This document shows positions 26,368-32,000 of a stretch of DNA of 32,000 nt, in pieces (positions within the stretch are counted from its first letter, which is position 1; each line of letters begins with the position of its first letter). The notes below the pieces were generated by a model. The model was given only the letters and a program-made list of their open reading frames with translations. It searched no databases and had not been told where the DNA came from. The translations under genes and the position numbers were made by a program. Origin of the DNA: Nevskia ramosa DSM 11499 (GTDB lineage Bacteria; Pseudomonadota; Gammaproteobacteria; Nevskiales; Nevskiaceae); contig NZ_ATVI01000005.1 of assembly GCF_000420645.1 (NCBI RefSeq), positions 448,357 to 480,356 on the forward strand, in the 5' to 3' direction.

Positions 26368-26928
26368 TCAGCCGGCGGCGGGCACGGCGATGCGGAAGCG
26401 GATCTTCACCGTGTCTTCGACGGTGTCATCCCAGCTGGGGCTGCCGATTGCGAAGGCCTTGCGGGAGATCGATACGGCGCCGCTGTAGGTGGTCATGCCG
26501 CCTTCGGTCTTGGTGGTGACCGGCACTTTCAGTTCGACGGTCTTGCCCTTCAGGCTGAGCTTGCCGCTGGCTTCGAAGTTGCCCGGCGTGGTCGGCTTCA
26601 GGCCGCTGGCAACGAAGCTAGCCTTGGGAAATTTCGCGGTGTCGAACCACTCCGGCTTGCGGACTTCGGCGTTGTAGTCGTCATCGCCGATATCGAAGCT
26701 CGCGGTATCGATATCGAAATGGGCGCGCGCCTCGGCTGGTTTGGCGGGATCAAGATCGACGCCGCCGCTGAATTTCTTGAACGGTGCGTTGACCGGCACG
26801 CTCATCTGGGTGAACTCGGCGCTGATCGAGCTTTTCGCGGCGTCGATAGCGCGTTCGGCGGCGAACGCGGTGGGAGCAGAAGCCAGGCTCGCCAGCGCGA
26901 GGATGGCGGCGACGGAGCGGAAGCGCAT
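26368..26928 (-). CDS. YceI-family periplasmic protein (second paralogue)
   Basis: I prefer the ATG at 26928 (MRFRSVAAILALASLASAPTAFA, a signal peptide). It has YceI-like length and beta-rich sequence. Confidence 0.75.
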   Translation of the reverse strand: MRFRSVAAILALASLASAPTAFAAERAIDAAKSSISAEFTQMSVPVNAPFKKFSGGVDLDPAKPAEARAHFDIDTASFDIGDDDYNAEVRKPEWFDTAKFPKASFVASGLKPTTPGNFEASGKLSLKGKTVELKVPVTTKTEGGMTTYSGAVSISRKAFAIGSPSWDDTVEDTVKIRFRIAVPAAG

Positions 26929-26956
26929 GGGGCGATCAGGTCTCGGAAAATGAAGC

Positions 26957-27508
26957 TCAGCGGGATGGAAGCACGGGCAGCATGCGGCGCAGCGTGCCAT
27001 CGCGATCGATCAGATGATGCTTCAGTGCGGCGGCAGCGTGCACTGTGACCAGCGCGGCCATCGTCCAGTTCAGCAGCTCGTGGATCTGTTTCAGCACGGT
27101 CGCCAATTCCTTGTCCTTGGCCACCAGATCCGGCAGGCGCAGCGCCTTGATGCCGAGATAGACCACCGGATAGCCCGAGGCCGAGCTGTACAGCCAGCCG
27201 CTGAGCGGAATCGCCAGGATCAGCCCATACAGTGCGAGGTGAGTGTAGTGCGCGGCACGCAGCTGCCACATCGGTTGCCCCGGCAGCGGTGCCGGCACTG
27301 GATGACCCAGGCGCCAGCCGATGCGGATCAGCGCCAGCGCCAATACCGTGATGCCGCTCCACTTGTGCCAGGAGTACAGCTTCAGCTTGTCCGGGCTTAA
27401 GCGCAGCCCGGTCATGTACAGGCCGACTGCGAAGCCGCCGATGATCATCAGCGCCATCAACCAGTGCAGCGCAATCGCGGGGCGGGTGTAGGAGTCGTTG
27501 GCAGACAT
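26957..27508 (-). CDS. Cytochrome b561 family protein (CybB-like)
   Basis: I prefer the ATG at 27508 (MSANDSYTRPAIALHWLMALMIIG...). It has four hydrophobic helices with conserved His residues (HWL, HKW, HLALY, HAAAALKHH). Linkage to yceI genes is typical. Confidence 0.8.
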   Translation of the reverse strand: MSANDSYTRPAIALHWLMALMIIGGFAVGLYMTGLRLSPDKLKLYSWHKWSGITVLALALIRIGWRLGHPVPAPLPGQPMWQLRAAHYTHLALYGLILAIPLSGWLYSSASGYPVVYLGIKALRLPDLVAKDKELATVLKQIHELLNWTMAALVTVHAAAALKHHLIDRDGTLRRMLPVLPSR

Positions 27509-27627
27509 ATCGAAAAACTCGGGAACGACGACACCGTAACGCGCCGCGCTGCGCATTGCCACCGCCTGTTGCCACAGAGGGAATATCCCCGGTTGACGTA
27601 TGACTGACGATTTTCGATACTCGTCAC

Positions 27628-28230
27628 ATGAGAAGCGCTGCCATTACCCAGCCCGACATCCGGGACCGCATCCTGACCGAGGCCGAACGTCTGTTCCGGG
27701 CCTTCGGTTATTCCAAGACCACCGTCGCCGATGTCGCCCAGGCCTGCGAGATGTCGCCGGCCAACGTCTATCGCTTCTTCGAGAGCAAGGCGGCGATCAA
27801 CGAAGCGATCACCGAAGTGGTGCTCGCGCGGATGGAAGCGATGTCGCTCGGCATCGCCCGCGAAACGCGGCCGGCGGCGGATCGCCTGAAGCGCCTGATC
27901 ATGGAAGGCCATCGCTTTTCGTGCGAGCAATACCTCAATGAATCCAAGGTTCACGAGATCGTCATCAAGGCGATGGACGAACAGTGGAGCGTCATCGACG
28001 CGCACATCGAACGCATCCGCGCCTGCTTCCGGCTGGTCATCGAAGACGGCGTGCGCAGCGGCGAGTTCGTCGCCGATCACGTCGAGGAAAGCGCTCAGTG
28101 CGTGTTCAACGCGGTGATTCCGTTCTGCCATCCGCAGATCGTCGCCGAACGCTTTTCGCAGGATCGCGGTCGACAGGCGGCGCTGATGGCCGAGTTTCTG
28201 GTGGCTTCGCTGCTGGTCAGGGCGCAGTGA
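27628..28230 (+). CDS. TetR-family transcriptional regulator
   Basis: N-terminal HTH: ILTEAERLFRAFGYSKTTVADVAQACEMSPANVYRFFESK. It is divergent from the cytochrome b gene and upstream of the RND efflux genes. Confidence 0.85.
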   Translation: MRSAAITQPDIRDRILTEAERLFRAFGYSKTTVADVAQACEMSPANVYRFFESKAAINEAITEVVLARMEAMSLGIARETRPAADRLKRLIMEGHRFSCEQYLNESKVHEIVIKAMDEQWSVIDAHIERIRACFRLVIEDGVRSGEFVADHVEESAQCVFNAVIPFCHPQIVAERFSQDRGRQAALMAEFLVASLLVRAQ

Positions 28231-28333
28231 CGGAACTGTCGAAAAATTTCGATTTTCAATAACGATTAACGGTGTTTCGTCAACGGCCGACTTGAGCCGG
28301 GACGAGTGTCCGATTGTGCGGGAGGGAGCAAGC

Positions 28334-29476
28334 ATGACCGTCACCGAGCGCCAGTCCGGCGTGCTGCGAACGCTGAAATCTGTCTCCGTTTCAGCCGGCC
28401 TGATCGCCGCGCAGATGCTGTCGGCCTGCAGCAAGCCGCCGGTCGTGGCCGAGGAAGTGCGCTCGGTGCGCACCATCGTCGCGGCGCCGAGCGCGATCGA
28501 CTCGCGCAATACCTATGCGGGCGAGGTGCGGCCGCGCTACGAGTCGAACCTTGGTTTCCGGGTGACCGGCAAGATCGACCAGCGCAAGGTCAATGTCGGC
28601 GATCGGGTCAGGAAGGGTCAGTTGCTGCTTCAGCTCGATCCCGCCGATCTGGCGCTCAACGAAGCTTCTAGCCAGGCCACCGTCACCGCCCAGGAAGCGC
28701 AGTTCGCGGTCGAGAAGGCCGACCTCGCACGCTATCGCAAGCTGCTCGATACCGGCTTCATCAGCGCCGCCGAATTCGATCGCCAGCAGACCCGCTTTGC
28801 CGCTGCCGAAGCCCAGCTTGCATCGGTAAGAGCGCAGGCCCGGGTCAGCGGCAATCAGACCGGCTACGCGCAGCTGCATGCCGATGCCGATGGCGTGATC
28901 ACCGCGATCGATGCCGAAGTCGGGCAGGTGGTCGCAGCCGGCCAGACCATCGTCCGTCTGGCTCAAGCCGGCACCATGGAAGTGGCTGCCAACGTGCCGG
29001 AACAATTGCTGCGCACGCTGAAACCGGACGCACCGGTGACGGTGATGCTGTGGACCGACGATGGCCACGAGTTCCCCGGCCGCATTCGCGAGCTTGCGTC
29101 GTCGGCCGATCCGGCGACGCGTACCTATGCGCTGCGGGTGATGGTCGACAAACCGCCGCCGGAAATGCAGCTCGGCATGACCGCGAGCATCCGCATCCAG
29201 GGGCCGAAGCTGCCGTCGCTGATCCATGTGCCTCTGACTGCCTACACCGAGCAGAAGAGTGTGCACGGCGTCTGGGTGTTCGATGAAGCAAGCACTGAGG
29301 TGCACTTCCGGCCGGTGCGGCTGAGCGGCTTCGATGGCAACAGCGCCTTGATCGCCGAAGGCCTGGCCGCGGGCGAGCGCGTAGTCACCGCCGGCGCGCC
29401 GTTGCTGCGCGAAGGCCAGAAGGTACGTTTGATGCCCGATGCGGCCACGCCGGTGGCTCAAGACAGCGCCGGCTGA
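28334..29476 (+). CDS. RND efflux periplasmic adaptor (membrane fusion protein)
   Basis: The ATG at 28334 follows gggaggga. Lipobox LSAC. GQLLLQLDPADL, coiled-coil repeats and the C-terminal GLAAGERVVTAG fit the HlyD/MFP family. Confidence 0.85.
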   Translation: MTVTERQSGVLRTLKSVSVSAGLIAAQMLSACSKPPVVAEEVRSVRTIVAAPSAIDSRNTYAGEVRPRYESNLGFRVTGKIDQRKVNVGDRVRKGQLLLQLDPADLALNEASSQATVTAQEAQFAVEKADLARYRKLLDTGFISAAEFDRQQTRFAAAEAQLASVRAQARVSGNQTGYAQLHADADGVITAIDAEVGQVVAAGQTIVRLAQAGTMEVAANVPEQLLRTLKPDAPVTVMLWTDDGHEFPGRIRELASSADPATRTYALRVMVDKPPPEMQLGMTASIRIQGPKLPSLIHVPLTAYTEQKSVHGVWVFDEASTEVHFRPVRLSGFDGNSALIAEGLAAGERVVTAGAPLLREGQKVRLMPDAATPVAQDSAG

Positions 29477-29481
29477 ACACC

Positions 29482-32000
29482 ATGAACCAGCCGGGAGATT
29501 CGAGCGGTTTCAATCTGTCGCGCTGGGCGATCGAGCACGCCTCGTTCACTCGCTTCATCGTCGTGTTGCTGATGATCAGCGGCGTCTTCGCCTATCTGAA
29601 TCTCGGCCAGAAGGAAGACCCCGAGTTCACCTTCCGGATCATGGTCGTCCGCGCCTACTGGCCCGGCGCCACCGCCGCCGAGATGGAACAGCAGGTCACC
29701 GATCGCATCGAGGAAAAGCTCGAGGAAACGCCGTGGCTGGATCGCACGCAGAGCTATTCCAAACCGGGCGAAACCCAGGTCTTCGTGTTCCTGCGCGAGG
29801 ACACGCCGCCGAAGGACGTGCGCAACGTCTGGTACCAGGTGCGCAAGAAGGTCGGCGATGTTCAGGGCCAATTACCGCAAGGCGTGCAGGGGCCGTTCTT
29901 CAACGATGAGTTCGGCGACACCTACATCGCGATGTACGCCTTCCATGCCGAAGGCTTCACCTATGTCGAGCTGAAGGATTACGTCGATACCGCGCGCAAG
30001 GTGTTCGGCGCGGTGAAAGGGGTGGAGAAGGTCGATCTGCTTGGCGAGCAACAGCCGAAGATCTTTGTCGAGTTCTCGTACCGCAAGTTCGCTCAGCTCG
30101 GCATCACCTTCCAGCAGCTTTCCGAAGCGCTGCGCGGGCAGAACATTGTCGTGCCTTCCGGGCAGCTGAACACCGAGGAGCGCGCGCTGTTCGTTCGCGT
30201 CGACGGCACTTACGGCGATCTCGCGGCGATCGAGGACACCCGCTTCCGGGTTGGCCGCTCGACGTTCCGGCTCGGCGATTTCGCCAAGGTCTATCGCGGT
30301 TACGAAGACCCGCCGCGGATGAAGATCCGCCATCGCGGCAAGGAAACCATCGCGCTCGGCATCGTGATGGAGAAGGACAGCGATGTGTTGAAGGTCGGCG
30401 AGCAGCTCGACAGCACCCTGGCGCGGTTGCGCAGCAGCTTCCCGGTCGGCATCGAAGTCAATCAGGTCACCGATCAGCCGAAGGTGGTGAAGAGCGCCGT
30501 CGGTGAGTTCGTGCAATCGCTCGCCGAGGCGGTGGTGATCGTGCTGGTGGTCAGCTTCTTCAGCCTCGGCCTGCGTACCGGCATGGTCGTGGCGCTGACC
30601 ATTCCGTTCGTGCTCGGCGTCACTTTCCTGGCGATGGACTGGGCCGGCATCCAGCTGCAGAAGATTTCGCTCGGCGCGCTGGTACTGGCGCTGGGCCTGC
30701 TGGTCGACGACGCGATGATCGCCGTCGAAATGATGGCGCGGAAGCTCGAAGAGGGCTACGACAAGCTGAAGGCGGCCTCGTTCGCCTATACCTCGACCGC
30801 GTTCCCGATGCTGACCGGCACCCTGATCACCGCCGCCGGCTTCCTGCCGGTGGGCTTCGCGAAATCGGCGGCCGGCGAGTACACCTTCTCGATCTTCGCG
30901 GTGGTCGGCATGGCGCTGGTGATCTCCTGGATCGCCTCGGTCTATGTCACGCCCTGGCTCGGCATGATGCTGCTCAAGGAGCGCCCTGCCGGCGAGCATC
31001 ACGAGCTGTTCGACACGCCGTTCTACCGCCGCCTGCGCCGGGTCATCGATTGGTGCGTGGCGCAGCGCAAGACGGTGATGATCGCGACGTTCGCGGCCTT
31101 CGTGCTTGGCGTCGCCAGCTTCGCGGTGATCCCGCAGCAGTTCTTTCCGGACTCGACACGCGACGAGCTGATGGTCGATCTGTGGCTGCCGGAAGGTGCC
31201 AGCTATCTGGCCAGCGAGAACATCGCCAAGCGCATGGAAGCGAAGCTGGCGGGTGATCCCGATGTCGTCGATTACGTCGCCTATGTCGGTAACGGCGCGC
31301 CGCGTTTCTATCTGGCGCTCGATCAGCAGCTGGCCCACGTCAACTTCACCCAGTTCATGGTCGTGGCCCACGATCTGAAGGGCCGCGAACGTCTGCGTGC
31401 GCGGCTTCGCACCTGGATTGCCGAAGAATTTCCGGAAGTTCGCGGCCGTGTCGATCCGCTGCCGAACGGCCCGCCGGTGGGCTGGCCAGTGCAGTTCCGG
31501 GTGCAGGGGCCGGACCCGAAGCTGGTCCGCAGTTACGCCGATCAGATCAAGGCGATCATCGCCGCCAGCCCGATGACCCGGAACGTCCACGACAACTGGC
31601 ACGAGTCGATTCTGGTGGTTCAGGACCGTATCGATCAGGACAAGCTCCGCGTGCTCGGCATCACCAGCGAGCAGATACGTGGCGCCGGCCAGACGATCCT
31701 CTCCGGCAGCGTCATCGGCACTTATCGCGAGGCCAATCGCAATGTCGAGATCATCGCTCGTCAGCCGCTCGACGAGCGCTCGCGGATCAGCGATCTGGCC
31801 GATGCCTACATGCCGACCGCGAGCGGCGTCTCGGTACCGTTCTCGCAGTTCGGCAAGGCGCAGCCGTCGTTCGAGCCAGGCGTGCTGTGGCGCTATTCGC
31901 GGCTGCCGGCGATCACCATTCAGGCCGAAACGGTGCCTGGCAAGCAGGCGCCGGACGTCACCAATTCGATTGATCCGCAGCTTGATGCGCTGCGCGCCCA
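29482..32000 (+). CDS. RND efflux permease (AcrB/HAE1-like), 5' part; continues beyond the right edge
   Basis: Absent from the ORF track because it is open at the edge. My translation from ATG 29482 reads MNQPGDSSGFNLSRWAIEHASFTRFIVVLLMISGVFAYLNLGQKEDPEFTFRIMVV..., a typical RND N-terminus. It starts 5 nt after the adaptor stop. Confidence 0.85.
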   Translation, partial: MNQPGDSSGFNLSRWAIEHASFTRFIVVLLMISGVFAYLNLGQKEDPEFTFRIMVVRAYWPGATAAEMEQQVTDRIEEKLEETPWLDRTQSYSKPGETQVFVFLREDTPPKDVRNVWYQVRKKVGDVQGQLPQGVQGPFFNDEFGDTYIAMYAFHAEGFTYVELKDYVDTARKVFGAVKGVEKVDLLGEQQPKIFVEFSYRKFAQLGITFQQLSEALRGQNIVVPSGQLNTEERALFVRVDGTYGDLAAIEDTRFRVGRSTFRLGDFAKVYRGYEDPPRMKIRHRGKETIALGIVMEKDSDVLKVGEQLDSTLARLRSSFPVGIEVNQVTDQPKVVKSAVGEFVQSLAEAVVIVLVVSFFSLGLRTGMVVALTIPFVLGVTFLAMDWAGIQLQKISLGALVLALGLLVDDAMIAVEMMARKLEEGYDKLKAASFAYTSTAFPMLTGTLITAAGFLPVGFAKSAAGEYTFSIFAVVGMALVISWIASVYVTPWLGMMLLKERPAGEHHELFDTPFYRRLRRVIDWCVAQRKTVMIATFAAFVLGVASFAVIPQQFFPDSTRDELMVDLWLPEGASYLASENIAKRMEAKLAGDPDVVDYVAYVGNGAPRFYLALDQQLAHVNFTQFMVVAHDLKGRERLRARLRTWIAEEFPEVRGRVDPLPNGPPVGWPVQFRVQGPDPKLVRSYADQIKAIIAASPMTRNVHDNWHESILVVQDRIDQDKLRVLGITSEQIRGAGQTILSGSVIGTYREANRNVEIIARQPLDERSRISDLADAYMPTASGVSVPFSQFGKAQPSFEPGVLWRYSRLPAITIQAETVPGKQAPDVTNSIDPQLDALRA

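Overview
GC-rich (hand estimate ~64%) proteobacterial window in two parts. Bases 1 to ~20505, with every gene on the minus strand, look like the integrase-proximal part of an integrated P4-like element. It carries a tyrosine integrase, an AlpA-like regulator, a toprim primase, a DUF3987-like protein flanked by heptamer iterons, and a few small unknown ORFs. Its cargo is a type I BREX operon (brxA-brxB-brxC-pglX-pglZ), with pglZ running off the left edge. The operon is unusual because five extra genes sit inside it. A short AbiEi-like/AbiEii pair lies between brxC and pglX. A DUF932-family gene overlaps the pglX stop codon. A second, canonical AbiEi/AbiEii pair lies just before pglZ. Both AbiEii stop codons overlap the start codon of the next BREX gene (ATGA). 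pglX also contains a ~1.2 kb low-GC block starting right after its NPPY motif, which suggests a swapped specificity region. The right ~11.5 kb is ordinary chromosome: gloA, a cupin protein, an AraC regulator, a PAS hybrid histidine kinase, yceI-yceI-cytochrome b561, and tetR with an RND efflux adaptor and permease (permease runs off the right edge). I found no rRNA, no CRISPR array and no foldable tRNA. All family assignments rest on motifs I recognise by eye and on gene order; no searches were run.
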